Below, piece by piece: positions 14,384 to 27,809 of a DNA stretch of 64,000 bases. The stretch lies in assembly GCA_964016885.1 (NCBI GenBank), contig OZ024758.1, forward strand, positions 30,938,001 through 31,002,000. Direction: 5' to 3'. Position 1 is the stretch's first letter, and every line of letters begins with the position of its first letter. Source of the DNA: Eledone cirrhosa (Eukaryota). The notes below the pieces were generated by a model that searched no databases, had not been told where the DNA came from, and saw nothing but the letters and a program-made list of their open reading frames with translations. Position numbers and translations under genes: made by a program.

Positions 14384-15524
14384 CCCTAAAACTGCCTTTA
14401 AATGTGCAAAAACGTCTGCTTCAGTATACTACAAGATAGCACCATTGTTCCAAAAAGGTGACTCGCGGAGTGAAAACTCCCAAATAACATGTAAAAGACT
14501 GAATGAACAATACAAAAGTATGTTTACATCTTCGATGGGACACATGCAGATAATTAAACTAAAGGAGTTCTTTCACATCACAACCCAACACATAGAAATG
14601 GCAGCCATTGATAACATCGACATATAGAAGGTAAATTAGTTATATATGAAATGAACTAAAATCCAACTACTGACCCTAATGTACTCCTAGCAATTCTTCT
14701 TAAGACCTTCAAACGAACCGTAGCAAATTCACCGCAAATTATTTTCTAGAGTTTCCTTTTAACTAGTAAATGCTCTGGGAAATTAAAGAAAAGCATAATA
14801 TGTTCTATCATTAAGGAGGAAGGATAGCAAATGCTAAAAATTACAAACCTATCTCTCCGGCCTCACTTATCAGCAAACCCAAAAGCGAAAGAAATATTAA
14901 TTAAAATATGTTTGAATAATAACATTAAATTGTTTAGCCCCATGTCGATTCCGACCAAGCAGAGCAATGATAAAAGGCAGTCATACTATGATCATTCAGC
15001 CATTTATTCCGACATTTTTATATTTAGGTCCACATCATCCAATGCAGACTCATCTTGTTCAAGAAAGTGGGGTGAAATATGAAAAAAATTAGGCTGCTAC
15101 ATCTAGCAGGTTGAATGGCTTCCTTTGTTGGGTTTAAGCAATAAAAGTCGAAAACGGGGAATACACGAACAGAATGTAAAATCATAAATTTCAAACGTTT
15201 ACTTAAACGGATTCAAAATAAGATTGAAATAAAACAATACTTGATTTCTCTAGTGAATAACTAATCACTGTTAATGCCCTACTTGCTCTAAATTACTGGG
15301 GAAATGTCAACTTTTAAAGATCATATCTTACTATCAAGTCGTGCACATTCTAATCGTGTTCGTCTTTGTTTTTTCTTAGTTGCCGAGCTCACGTATTGTT
15401 CGTAGTCAACTTTTTTTCTTCGCTTTCTTATAAATACGAAAACAATTAACAATTAAAATTAGTTATTTTACCTCACTGTCTAGAATATCACGTACAAAAC
15501 TAGTTCTAAAATTTCGTGCCATAA

Positions 15525-15544
15525 TACATATATACATATATGTT

Positions 15545-15629
<85 letters not shown>

Positions 15630-15759
15630 GTAAACATATATATATTTATATATAAACATATATATATACATACATATATACATATATATATACATATATA
15701 TATAAACATACATATATACATATATATAAACATATATATATATACATATATATATAAAC

Positions 15760-15843
<84 letters not shown>

Positions 15844-15910
15844 ATATGTCTATAATATAAACACATACATATATATATATAAATATATAAACATATATAT
15901 ATATATATAT
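15525..15910. repeat. (TA)n-rich microsatellite
   Basis: Direct reading. Confidence 0.95.
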
Positions 15911-16959
15911 TGTTTGTTTCTGTAAAGTGATTTAGTTTAGGAATTTTTTGCCTCTCTCTTATTTATTCAGTAATTAACACACCTTTAAGTAAATACCAAA
16001 GATTACTAATCAATATATCTTAGTTAAAGAAAATATCTCTGAAACACAGAATTATTTGCACGTTGAGAGTAATCATGTGGAATAACCCCCAACAAGAGAA
16101 TTCCAGAAAACGTGTTTAAAAGTGATTTCTAGACCACAAATTTGTATGTGATGTGTTTGGTTGAACGAATCCCGTCCAGAATGAAATTCCAATTTACAAC
16201 ATCGATCTTTCAATGCTGAAGAGTAAAGTCAAGCCATAACAGTTTTACTCATAAGAATTTACTCAAAAGATGCTGTTGAGTAGTCAACAAACCTGTTTGT
16301 GGTAAAAAACAACCATTTTTGTATCAACAAAAAATATATATTTCAAAATTTGTAAATAAAATAAAAAATGACTTTGCATAAAGTGCTCCTTTTACAGGCC
16401 GTCATGAAAATGAAGTTTTTTTAAAACTGTAATCCTTCTTAATGGCCTCACTAGACTGATTAACACATTCTCAATAATGAACCACTTCATTCTATTCCCA
16501 AGAATATTTTATCCTTTTCTTTGTAAATAGTGTGTCATACACACTTTTATGGAGTTCAAATTTATACATGGCTAGTGAAATAAATGATAAGGAAAAATAA
16601 AAATGTATTCAGTGATCACCCATGATTTTTGCTACCTCTTCTCCATTGGTTAACTTGGTGCGGCTGATGTTCAGTTTGAAGATCTCTACGTTAATATTTG
16701 GAGGAAAACTTGAAATAGGTGCTTTACAAGGGGATTTTCTTGCCGGGGTTGAAGTGGTGAGTTCTGGATCTGGTAGAGATAGTAACGAAGATAAGTAGAG
16801 GCGCGTGTGAAAGTGAGAAGCTTCTAAAGAGGAAGAAAAGAAACAACGAATCTTACAATAAAATGACTGACTTTTATATCCTGCAAGATGATTTATAGAT
16901 AGTGTTACTCTTGATACATATACATACTTTCGATCGTACTTACCTGCATACGTATATAC

Positions 16960-17182
16960 ACACATACATATCTACATACATACGATCGTACTCACCTACA
17001 TACATACATACATACATACATACATACATACATACATACATACATACATACATACATACATAAATACATGCATACACACATACATACATATATACATATA
17101 TACATATATACATACATATATACATACATACACACGTACATACATACACACGTACATACATACATACACAAATACATACATA
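16960..17182. repeat. (CATA)n microsatellite
   Basis: Direct reading. Confidence 0.95.
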
Positions 17183-17883
17183 CAATTGATTAATTGTGCA
17201 ATGGTGATTTGTTAGAGATTTCCACATTCGCCATTGAGATTTCTCGAATAAACGTATACCCATACTTACATGTCTGCTTATGACATGCACATGCACAAGA
17301 GGCAGTTACCCACGCATGCAATCACCTTTAAACACATAACATCTATTCATGAGACATGTCCTCTCATAAGGTGAGAGCAAGGACACACACCTACATATGC
17401 GTATAAAATAACTCACGTACTTACAAATATCTGAAACGGACTTAACTCAAACAAAACGTGTCTTTCTGTTATGGTTTAGTTTGAATTCTGCAAGGAAGAG
17501 CTTAAATTTCAAACGTACATCACCCCCCCACCCCACACACACAGATACATAAATACATACATAATGGCTGCCCTCTCGTTATCAAGTAGGGCCATTGCAC
17601 TATATAACATTATTAATAGTTATCAATTAATGCTATCGTGCAATGGCTGTGAGTGAAGATTTTTTAAAAGTGAGAAAGGACTGTGCACTGAGCCAATCCC
17701 ACTCTCTGGGCGACGGTAGCTATAACCCGAAAAGAAGAAAAGATGAACATAATCGGTAACTACTGAGCCGCAGATTATATGTTGGAGTTATCCCAGTTTC
17801 CTGAGTTGCCTTCTCCTAGAAGAATGCCCTGATCGGGTATCCAGCCCGATTATTTAGAAATACATATATATACACATACATAC

Positions 17884-17921
<38 letters not shown>

Positions 17922-17997
17922 CTAATTATTTTTATTGGCAATACTAAACAATATAACCCTCCCCAAGTATAACAATATATATATATATATATATATT

Positions 17998-18151
17998 CAG
18001 GTTTGAGGTTCACCACTGTATAGAGCTGGTCTATTCCGTATGGTCAATCGTAATGCAATAATATAGAGAGTACTTAACGTAAAGCAGTTCAACCGTCTTT
18101 GTTTTTGTAGTTCAAGGATTTACACAAATCCAGCCTCCTGTCATTTCATTA

Positions 18152-18155
<4 letters not shown>
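17998..18155 (-). mobile_element. Short inverted/truncated copy of the 7752-8840 family tail
   Basis: 17998-18112 is the reverse complement of 8724-8838; 18112-18155 is a direct copy of 8656-8699. Confidence 0.85.
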
Positions 18156-18225
<70 letters not shown>

Positions 18226-18228
<3 letters not shown>

Positions 18229-18659
18229 CTAAAAGGAAAAGAAAATGTTGACAAATTGTTCCCAGTGAAAAATAGTTTAATTAGGAATAAGTAAAAATTA
18301 GTAATAGTATTGGTTAGTATTCAGTTTTGGTTTTAAGTTTTACCGGTTGCGCATTTCTGATTAGTTTTGGAAATTCTACCTGTTTTATGTAAAAAAAGTG
18401 GCTCCAGATGTATGAAAAAATTCTTGTGGTCAAAACAATTTTGATTGGTCGGTAGAGGTCATGTGAATGTTAAAAATTGATTTTGCGCCAAATGTAGGTT
18501 TGTCTCGGCTGATTGAGAAGTCACTGAAAAATAAGTCTTTCAAAACAAATATGTGTGTGTGTGCGTAGTAGTAGCAAAAAGGTTCGTTGTTGTGATAATG
18601 GTCAGCAGGGATGTGTGTGCGAACCGCAGCCTGTTGACAGTTCAAATGCCTATTAAGAC

Positions 18660-18735
<76 letters not shown>

Positions 18736-18812
18736 CAGAGTAATTCGTGGTAGAGGGATGGTCAGTAGGAATGTGTCTGTACGTGTGTGGGGGATATTTT
18801 AACATGATGGGA
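18226..18812 (-). mobile_element. Diverged copy of the 3' UTR of the PLE at 22310-25110
   Basis: Shares gacaaattgttc, ttaccggttgcgcatttc and aaacaattttgattggtcggtagaggtcatgtg blocks with 22310-23020. Confidence 0.8.
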
Positions 18813-18814
18813 TA

Positions 18815-20371
18815 ACAAGTTATCGTTATAGGTAATCCAGTTAGAGTGAAGAATAACATGGTCGGCTGTACAAAAAGGGTTTTATTTACAGTATTAACAA
18901 TTGTTTCATTGAACAGGTGAGTCTAAAGGCCGCTAATCGCTCGAAGTTGCGTCACTCGACCTTCAATACAGTGTGTGTCTCTGATCAAATCATCGGAATA
19001 CTGGTGGGTTTAACACATGGCATTGGTATTTATAGATACATCGGAGAATCAAGTGAATGAAAACAATAACATCAACAATAAAAGATAATAAAATATAATG
19101 ATAAAGAAGTTAGAATGAAGATGATAAAGATGTAAAAAATAAGTAAAATTTAAGTACAGAATACGATTACTGATAATAGTAGTGGTGGTAGTTGAAGTTA
19201 TAGTGGTAAGTGTATGTGTAAAGTAGTGATGACGGTAGAGATAACATGAAAAGAAACATTAAATACATATGTAGTGATCAAATCCCAGAGGATTTGAGTA
19301 AAAAAATTAAGAAATAAAAAATAATAACAAATAACAGATAAAAGATTAAAAATAATAAATAAAAAATAAGTGAGAGGGGAAGAGATAAGTGACAGGAGCC
19401 AGAGAGTGGGGCTGATGACACGAGGATGAGACATAAGGACGGGGAAGGAGTAGATAGATAGAGAATAAAAAGTGAAAGGGACAATGCTATACGGGTGGTT
19501 AATGTCTGGCAGACTGATTGTTTTATCTTAATGGAGGAGATGTGGCTATAGGGAGAGAGAGTGAAAGAAAGGTTGGGAGAATTATGATATTGATTTAATG
19601 ACCAGTTGGTCAGTTGACAGCTAATAGCAGTGGGGTCGTGTGTAGCTAGTACATTAAAATACGGGTGGTTCTGCTTGAATTCTGAGATTGCCGGATCGAA
19701 TCATGCCGGTTTGAAATTTGCGAACTTGGTAGCTGCTTTGTGTCTACAGAAAACTGATCGTTCTATTTTGTTGTTAAGCAGCATTTTATCATACTTTAAA
19801 ATATGGAGCAGCTCCATATTGCAAAGTCCGCAGTGGGAGATTCCATTATTGTAGGCCCTTGCACTTGATAATTTCGATCAGCTAATCCCATATTCTTGGT
19901 TGGTGTCCTTAAGCTGCCAGATTTTATTGGGCAGCGTTGTTGAGTTCTCTAGCCTACGGTTTTTCATAGAATGTCTATGTACTTAACATCTTTTTTTAAA
20001 TTCCCCAGCCGTAGAATCTATCTAGTGCCATGCTAAGTTGCCCAATTTGATAGTACACAGGTACACTATGCTTGATTCCAGGCGTCTATTTTGTAGTGGG
20101 CATTTATCCGGCAGATGGCAGTTACAGTTGGAGGCCTTCCTGTATGCAGGTTCTCCATTGCGGTTTTGTATGTTGTTATGGATGGGCTGAGATTTAGGTT
20201 TATTAATGTTTTGTTGCGGTGATTTGATCAGAGACTCACACTGTATTTAAGGTCGAGTGGCGCAACTTCGAGAGATTAGCGGCCTTTAGACTCACCTGAT
20301 CAATGAAACAATTGTTAATACTGTAAATAAATCCCCTTTTGTACAGCCGACCATGTTATTCTTCACTCTTT

Positions 20372-20372
<1 letters not shown>
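18815..20372 (-). mobile_element. PLE (Hydra-clade-like) 3' fragment with an inverted terminal duplication of about 150 bp
   Basis: Minus 19700-20215 translates to NCNC..CPL..IVY..FKKR..IWQLK..CGLC..LLN..CRH; 18844-18992 is inverted at 20220-20368. Confidence 0.85.
18889..19003 (-). ncRNA. Type I hammerhead ribozyme with long stem II insertion, core CCGAUGA
   Basis: cagtatt-CCGATGA-tttgatcag..ctgttcaat-GAAA-caattg-TT-aatactg; 7-bp stem I and palindromic stem III. Confidence 0.7.
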
Positions 20373-20421
<49 letters not shown>

Positions 20422-20426
<5 letters not shown>

Positions 20427-20665
20427 CACCTTGACCTTGACCGACCAGTCTGTCACAGCACGTCGTGCTGTTTTAGCCATGAGATAACGCTATCCCACTG
20501 GCTGGGCGGGCAGGCTGGTACTCATTTCTACAGCTGAGTAAACTGGAGCAACGTGAAATAAAGTGTCTTGCTCAAGGAAATAACACATCCCCCGGTCCGA
20601 GAATTGAATTCACAACCTTTCGATTGCAAGCCCAATGCTCTAACCACTAAGCCCTGTGCCTTCAC
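20422..20665 (-). mobile_element. tRNA-derived CORE-type SINE (family B)
   Basis: tRNA-like head followed by ccttgagcaagacactttatttcac core. Confidence 0.85.
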
Positions 20666-20694
20666 AATATTATATATATATATATATATATATA

Positions 20695-20883
20695 GCGAAG
20701 GAAAAGTGGTAAGGAACCAGGTGGACCATAACGCACCAAAGTACTCAATACTTAGGGTAGTAGAGTGGGTAATAGGAGTAAGTAAGACCCCGACGGCTGA
20801 GCTCAAGCCGTTTCGACGGCTAATTCTGAGCCAGAATTAGCCGTCGAAACGGCTTGAGCTCAGCCGTCGGGGTCTTACTTACT

Positions 20884-20929
<46 letters not shown>

Positions 20930-21036
20930 AGTAAGTAAGACCCCGACGGCTGAGCTCAAGCCGTTTCGACGGCTAATTCTGAGCCAGAATTAGCCGTCGA
21001 AACGGCTTGAGCTCAGCCGTCGGGGTCTTACTTACT

Positions 21037-21039
<3 letters not shown>
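20695..21039. mobile_element. Two gagctc-family hairpins (20774-20886 with tail, and 20927-21039) separated by (TA)n
   Basis: Perfect palindromes with a 3-nt loop. Confidence 0.9.
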
Positions 21040-21106
<67 letters not shown>

Positions 21107-21497
21107 TATATATATATAATATATTGTTATATACTCCCGGTATAAGGTTAGGCTTTCTTTGTTTATTTTTATATATATGAGTATTGATTGTTCCTTATAT
21201 CTCATTCTGTTATTTTGCCCGAGAAAATATCTGTGTGTGTCATCAAATGTTGTACACACAGATAATTTTTCAATTTCCAATTGAGTTCATAGCACGTGGC
21301 CTGAATTTTTTTTAGAGTTCATTGTCATGCGTATGTATTGTTTTTTTGGCGGTAATTTAATTCCTCATTTTTCAATCAGTTTGAGCATTTCTTTAGAACT
21401 GCTGGACTGGCAACCTGACTGATACCTCAGGCAAAGATGATGATTATCGCTAAATACTGATGTTGGTTAGATTATCAATATTAGTATTATTGGGGCA

Positions 21498-21623
21498 CCC
21501 ACTGATGATTTATAGGAGCCCACTTGAATATATATCTATTGATGGTATACAAGCTCCTACATAAATTGGTATAATTTCACCCAAATTGTAGGAATCCTAT
21601 AATGAAACGAGACGTCCGCTGGG
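21498..21623 (+). ncRNA. Candidate hammerhead ribozyme with branched, about 90-nt stem II
   Basis: ccca-CTGATGA-t-ttatagga...tcctataa-t-GAAA-cgagacg-TC-cgctggg; stem I imperfect. Confidence 0.5.
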
Positions 21624-21858
21624 AAGAGATATATTCGATATGTCTCATATGAAATAATACAGCCAATTTTACACGCAATACTTTTAGTTAGCACTCCGAA
21701 CGCATAATTGGGAATATAATCACTTATTTCCTAATGTTTGTTGAGTGAATTGGAATTTGGCCGGAGTATCGCTAAAAAGCTTTCTCCGATATTGTATTTA
21801 TTATATATATATATATATATAATATATAAGAACAAAAGATGGTTAAAGGAGTTCCATG

Positions 21859-21929
21859 TATTTTATTATGCGCATTTCAAAAACAAACATCATCATGCAA
21901 TAATATTTGTGTTTTCATCAGATAAAACA
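21859..21929 (-). ncRNA. Type I hammerhead ribozyme
   Basis: Inverted copy of 22058-22129. Confidence 0.72.
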
Positions 21930-22057
21930 GGAGGACATGATATGAAGGCTAAAAAACACTTGTGGATAGTGCAGTTTTAAATCACCATATCTTGATATAT
22001 GTTGATTTAAAACTGCACTATCCACAAGTGTTTTTTAACCTTCATATCATGTCCTCC

Positions 22058-22129
22058 TGTTTTATCTGATGAAAACACAAATATTTATTGCATGATGATG
22101 CTTGTTTTTGAAATGCGCATAATAAAATA
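22058..22129 (+). ncRNA. Type I hammerhead ribozyme
   Basis: tgttttat-CTGATGA-aaaca..tgtttt-GAAA-tgcgca-TA-ataaaata. Confidence 0.75.
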
Positions 22130-22256
22130 CATGGACTCCTTTAACCATCTTTTGTTCTTATATATTATGTATACACTCCAGTCCTACAAACTGTAGAGTG
22201 CTTCTTATCCGATATCTGCATTGCTTTATTGTACTACAATAAAACTCACCTCCTAC

Positions 22257-22309
<53 letters not shown>

Positions 22310-22314
<5 letters not shown>

Positions 22315-23134
22315 TAAACGGAATAGAAAATGCTGACAAATTGTTCACAGTTGAAAAATGGTTTAATTAGGAATAAAAGAGTATTAGTGATTGTATGGGT
22401 TAGTATTCAGTTGTGGTTTTAAGTTTTTAAGTTTTTACCGGTTGCGCATTTCTAAATGCTTTTCAAAAATAATTTTGAGATAGTGTGTCCGTGCTGTTTG
22501 CTCTGATCTGATTAGTTTTGGGAATTCTACCTGTTTTTATGTTAAAAAAGTGGCTCCAGCGTTATTTTTGTGTTGCAAAAATGCTTGTGGTCAAAACAAT
22601 TTTGATTGGTCGGTAGAGGTCATGTGAATGTAAAAAGTTGATTTTGCGCCAAGACTGTTTTTATGTTAAAAAAGTGGCTCCAGCAAAAATTCTTGGTCAA
22701 AACAATTTTGATTGGTCGGTAGAGGTCATGTGGATAAAAAATTGGTTTTGCGCCAAGATTGAGAAATGACTCTTTCACAACAAATATGTGTGTGTGTGTG
22801 TGTGTATATATATGTGCGTGTGTGTGTGTATGTGTGTGTGTGTGTGTGTGTGTGTAGTAGTAGTAGTAAGGTGTTCGATGCTGCGACAATGGCCAGCAGA
22901 GATGTGTGTCAAATGGCTATTAAGATAAGTGTGTGTGTGTGTGTATATGTGTGTGTGTATAGCAGAGTAATTCGATGGTCAGTAAGAATGTGTCTGAAAG
23001 CAATGGGGGGTATTTTAGCATGTCAAAAGATTTTTTCAGTTTTTGTCTTATATGGAGAAGTGCGTGTGTGTGTGTGTGTGTGTGTGTGTATAAGTCTCTT
23101 TGTATGTTGATGTACGCGTGTGTATGTGTTTGTG

Positions 23135-23173
<39 letters not shown>

Positions 23174-24403
23174 ACCAGTATTTTTTCCCCCCTGGTAAAA
23201 TGTCTAAGGTCCTGGGTACGTGCCCTAAAACTCAGTACCCAGGACCTTAGACACCCTAAAGTAAATCAACCAAAACTAAAAGCTCTTCCATACATCTCCA
23301 CACACAACCTCCTCAACAATGAGGCCTTTGACACCATCCTCCAGAACATCCCTGTATTGAAAAAGGACCATAGAATGAACCAAATTCTACGAACACACGA
23401 TATCATAAAGAGCAAAAGACAATCCAAGTCAATGAAAAACATCTTAACACATGCCAAAGTACTGCCAACCACAACAACGAAACCCACAGTAAAAAAATGC
23501 GATAGACCCAACTGTGGCATTTGCATCAACCTAATAGAGGGTTCGGAATTCTATTTCAAAGATGGACAACGTTTTATAGTAAAACACAATTTCACATGTG
23601 CATCGGAAAATCTAATATATGTATTAACTTGTTCAGGTTGTCGAGAACAATACATAGGCCAGACCAAAAACAGCCTCCGCCAACGCATGACTGTCCATAG
23701 ATCCCAAATTAAAATACGGGAATACAGGAAAATACCACTGAGTGAACACATTGATACCTGTGCCGCCCAAAATCATCCCAACTTCAGAATCTTTCCCCTC
23801 TACAAATTTAAAGATAATGCCACCCAGCGCATCAGCAAGGAATCTTACTTCATTAACAAATACGGACCCCGTCTAAACACTTCTCCCTAAGACGAACCCA
23901 CAACATACACACGTCAACATACATACCTACATCAGCACACATCTCTACCCACATATAAACACAATGACACACGTAAACACACATGCTCTATGGTGCAATA
24001 CAAAAAAATATATGTGCATATATATTTATGTATATATGTATATATATATATATATATATGTAGTGAATATATGTATGTGTGTATATATATAGTGAATATC
24101 ATTTCACACCTTTTATTGTTAAGATTTTTGATGTTCTATTAAGAGAACCGATTTTACTGAAAAAATCGAATAATGTACACCATTTTACCAGGGGGAAAAA
24201 AATACTGGTCCACCCACACACACACACACACATATATATACACAAACACATACACACGCGTACATCAACATACAAAGAGACTTATACACACACACACACG
24301 CGCACTTCTCCGTATAAGACAAAAGCTGAAAAATATCTTTTGACATGCTAAAATACCCCCCATTGCTTTCAGACACATTCTTACTGACCATCGAATTACT
24401 CTG

Positions 24404-24445
<42 letters not shown>

Positions 24446-24514
24446 ATCTTAATAGCCATTTGACACACATCGCTGCTGGCCATTGTCGCAGCATCGAACA
24501 CCTTACTACTACTA

Positions 24515-24578
<64 letters not shown>

Positions 24579-25110
24579 ACACACACACATATTTGTTGTG
24601 AAAGAGTCATTTCTCAATCTTGGCGCAAAACCAATTTTTTATCCACATGACCTCTACCGACCAATCAAAATTGTTTTGACCAAGAATTTTTGCTGGAGCC
24701 ACTTTTTTAACATAAAAACAGTCTTGGCGCAAAATCAACTTTTTACATTCACATGACCTCTACCGACCAATCAAAATTGTTTTGACCACAAGCATTTTTG
24801 CAACACAAAAATAACGCTGGAGCCACTTTTTTAACATAAAAACAGGTAGAATTCCCAAAACTAATCAGATCAGAGCAAACAGCACGGACACTCTATCTCA
24901 AAATTATTTTTGAAAAGCATTTAGAAATGCGCAACCGGTAAAAACTTAAAAACTTAAAACCACAACTGAATACTAACCCATACAATCACTAATACTCTTT
25001 TATTCCTAATTAAACCATTTTTCAACTGTGAACAATTTGTCAGCATTTTCTATTCCGTTTACCAATATATAATAACTTGTGTGTTACACCTCTATTCTTT
25101 TAACTCTCTA
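22310..25110 (+). mobile_element. PLE 3' fragment whose last about 0.9 kb is duplicated in inverted orientation at its 5' end
   Basis: 22310-23201 is the reverse complement of 24181-25065; (TA)n flanks. Confidence 0.9.
23222..23890 (+). CDS. 5'-truncated PLE GIY-YIG endonuclease domain, frame intact
   Basis: CDRPNCGIC..FTCASENLIYVLTCSGCREQYIGQT..LRQRMTVH..EH..KESYFINKYGPRLN. Confidence 0.9.
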   Translation, partial: ALKLSTQDLRHPKVNQPKLKALPYISTHNLLNNEAFDTILQNIPVLKKDHRMNQILRTHDIIKSKRQSKSMKNILTHAKVLPTTTTKPTVKKCDRPNCGICINLIEGSEFYFKDGQRFIVKHNFTCASENLIYVLTCSGCREQYIGQTKNSLRQRMTVHRSQIKIREYRKIPLSEHIDTCAAQNHPNFRIFPLYKFKDNATQRISKESYFINKYGPRLNTSP

Positions 25111-25120
25111 TATATATATA

Positions 25121-25578
25121 GGTTGAAATAAAATGAAAACGAAACGGCACTTACTTAAATGTAAGTATGTATGTATAGGTACATACATATATGTATACAG
25201 ACGTACAGTAGCATGCATATATATATATATATATATATACACACAGGTACACATACATATATGCACGTATCAGTTTAGCGGACGCTTATTATAACGCCGC
25301 TTTGTTCGTTTGTAAACAAACTGAACAGCCTGAATTTATGCCGTACGGTGTTAAGGCAACCACGTCACCTTTTTGTTCAACACTGACACAGGAACGATGT
25401 ACTAGTTTCAAGCTTGTTAGCTATCATCAGCACCGTATACCCTTCTGCCAGATAGTTGAACGTTCGAAAGTATATACTTACCTTATGAAAATTAACGGCT
25501 GAGCAGCCTAATTTGCATATCGAGTGTCGGTCAGGCATACCGAAAACGATAAGTTGAAATAAAATGAAAACGAAATTT
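25121..25578 (-). mobile_element. Retrozyme-like monomer (ctag-HHR family), about 430 bp plus terminal redundancy
   Basis: Homologous to 33205-34620; gttgaaataaaatgaaaacgaaa occurs at both ends. Confidence 0.8.
25395..25435 (-). ncRNA. Minimal type I hammerhead ribozyme
   Basis: cggtg-CTGATGA-t-agct aaca agct-t-GAAA-ctag-TA-catcg. Confidence 0.88.
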
Positions 25579-25888
25579 TCACAAGAAAAAAGAAGGGGGA
25601 AGGAAGAAAAGGAAGTAGAAGAAAAGTCAGGGTTAATGTAGCTCGATATTAACCCTGACTTTTCTTCCTTCCCCCTTCTTTTTTCTTGTGGCATGATATT
25701 AACGCTGACTTATCTTCCTCTCCCTTTCTGTTTTCCTCTATTTGACCGGTAGTAGCACACTATAAGCTTTAGCCACCTCACTTGAGGGCGACCGGCAAAG
25801 GTGGAAGATGCTGGTTGGCGCTCGTCCTCCGGTCTTTGATTTTCAGCCCCATGGATTTTATCTATTACATTCATTTATTATATTTCGA

Positions 25889-25946
25889 ATACCTGATGAC
25901 AACACCGGATTCATACGGAACCTGGTCATTGAAATGACAATAGTAT
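25889..25946 (+). ncRNA. Type I hammerhead ribozyme (homolog of 8588-8645)
   Basis: atac-CTGATGA..GAAA-tgacaa-TA-gtat. Confidence 0.65.
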
Positions 25947-26126
25947 AATAAAGCTTTCAAGGATTTACACAAGTCCAGCCTCCTGTCATTTCATTATAAT
26001 AGATATATATCAAGATACGCAGAACAAGTAAAATTCAACCAATTTTTCAAAATAAATCAAAATCAATTTACAATTAAAATTAATCAAAATTAAAAAATAT
26101 AATATAAATATTTACCTATTCAAATG

Positions 26127-26207
26127 GCCCTAACTGTACAGTTTCACTTTGCAAAACATTAGATATCACATGGATATTAATGGAAAAACAAAGATCATCA
26201 GAGAAGC
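26127..26207 (-). ncRNA. Type I hammerhead ribozyme
   Basis: Inverted homolog of 26820-26900 (GAAA-ctgtacag-TT). Confidence 0.75.
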
Positions 26208-26819
26208 ATTTTCCTGTCCTAGGGTTAAAAAACCCAGGAACGATAAAATATATGACCTCACTCCTACTAATACAAGTCTGAAAGGTCGTGAAAGTGACCC
26301 ATAAATACATTGGAGTAAAGTGAAGGCGGGAAATCGTAGACTTGTTCTCTATGTTCGCCACCAAAAAAAAAATTAGCAGATAGATAGAACGACAGAATTT
26401 TTTCTCTACATAACAGAGAATAATGAATAAAGTTAATATATCTGAGGGTACAATGTACCCCCAAAAATACATAGGTTGTCTATGATTCAAGGTGGTTCTA
26501 TGGTAATAATTTGATATACCAGAACTTAATATCAAGATACGCAGAACAAGTAAAATTCAACCAATTTTTCAAAATAAATCAAAATCAATTTACAATTAAA
26601 ATTAATCAAAATTAAAAAATATAATATAAATATTTACCTATTTACCTAGCTGCTAATGTTTTTTGGTGGCGAACATAGACAACAAGTCTACGATTTCCCG
26701 CCTTCACTTTACACCAACGTATTTATGGGTCACTTTCACGACCTTTCAGACCTGTATTAGTTGGAGTGAGGTCATATATTTTATCGTTCCTGGGGTTTTT
26801 AACCCTAGGAAAGGAAAAT

Positions 26820-26900
26820 GCTTCTCTGATGATCTTTGTTTTTCCATTAATATCCATGTGATATCTAATGTTTTGCAAAGTGAAACTGTACAGTAAGAGC
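26820..26900 (+). ncRNA. Type I hammerhead ribozyme
   Basis: gcttct-CTGATGA-t-ctttg..caaag-t-GAAA-ctgtacag-TA-agagc. Confidence 0.8.
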
Positions 26901-27121
26901 CACTCGAATAGGTAAATATTTATATTATATTTTTTAATTTTGATTAATTTTAATTGTAAATTGATTTTGATTTATTTTGAAAAGTTGGTTGAATTTTACT
27001 TGTTCTGCGTATCTTGATATTAAGTTCTGGTATATCAAATTATTACCATAGAACCACCTTGAATCATAGACAACCTATGTATTTCTGGGGGTACATTGTA
27101 CCCTCAGATATATTAACTTTA

Positions 27122-27396
<275 letters not shown>

Positions 27397-27809
27397 CGAG
27401 AAAGCATTGACGCATTGTACTTCTAACACAGAAATAGTTTCCCAGAAGTGAGATATAAGTTTCAATACAGAGAAAGGTATAGTTGATTCTAATTGGACAA
27501 ATTACTGGCAGCTCTGGAATCAGCACATTTTACACCAATGTGTAACATCTTTATTCTTTTCTCAATTAATTTGTAGTCTTTCTTATGTGACAAATAATTA
27601 TTTTACATTTGAAAGACAAATTTCACGTGGAACATCAGCTTCTTCAAGTATACTAATTTATGTACTGTCTCAAGGTTTTGTCTTTGATTAAGAAATGCTT
27701 GCTGTGTATGATTATTAAAACCCCATGATGCCAATGCAGTTAAAACGAAAGTTATATTTTAACGGAGCCATGCAGCAGATTAGAATTTTACAAACGTATA
27801 TCAAAATAA

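Larger units (their letters stand above)
21821..22257. mobile_element. Fold-back HHR element (tgcgca family)
   Basis: Arms about 21821-21990 and 21996-22166, then tail and (TA)n. Confidence 0.88.

Noticed and set aside
13540-15082. Short ORFs with coding-like composition (e.g. KIAPLFQKGD)
   Set aside because: No sustained motif; possibly very old LINE debris but not assignable
20590-20665. tRNA-like sequence with GCA anticodon-like loop (also about 52065-52140)
   Set aside because: It is the head of a CORE-type SINE; the acceptor stem is incomplete and runs into the SINE core
26116-26896. 139-aa and 77-aa ORFs within the 522-bp repeat
   Set aside because: No recognisable domain; they run through the HHR, have non-ATG starts and end at different positions
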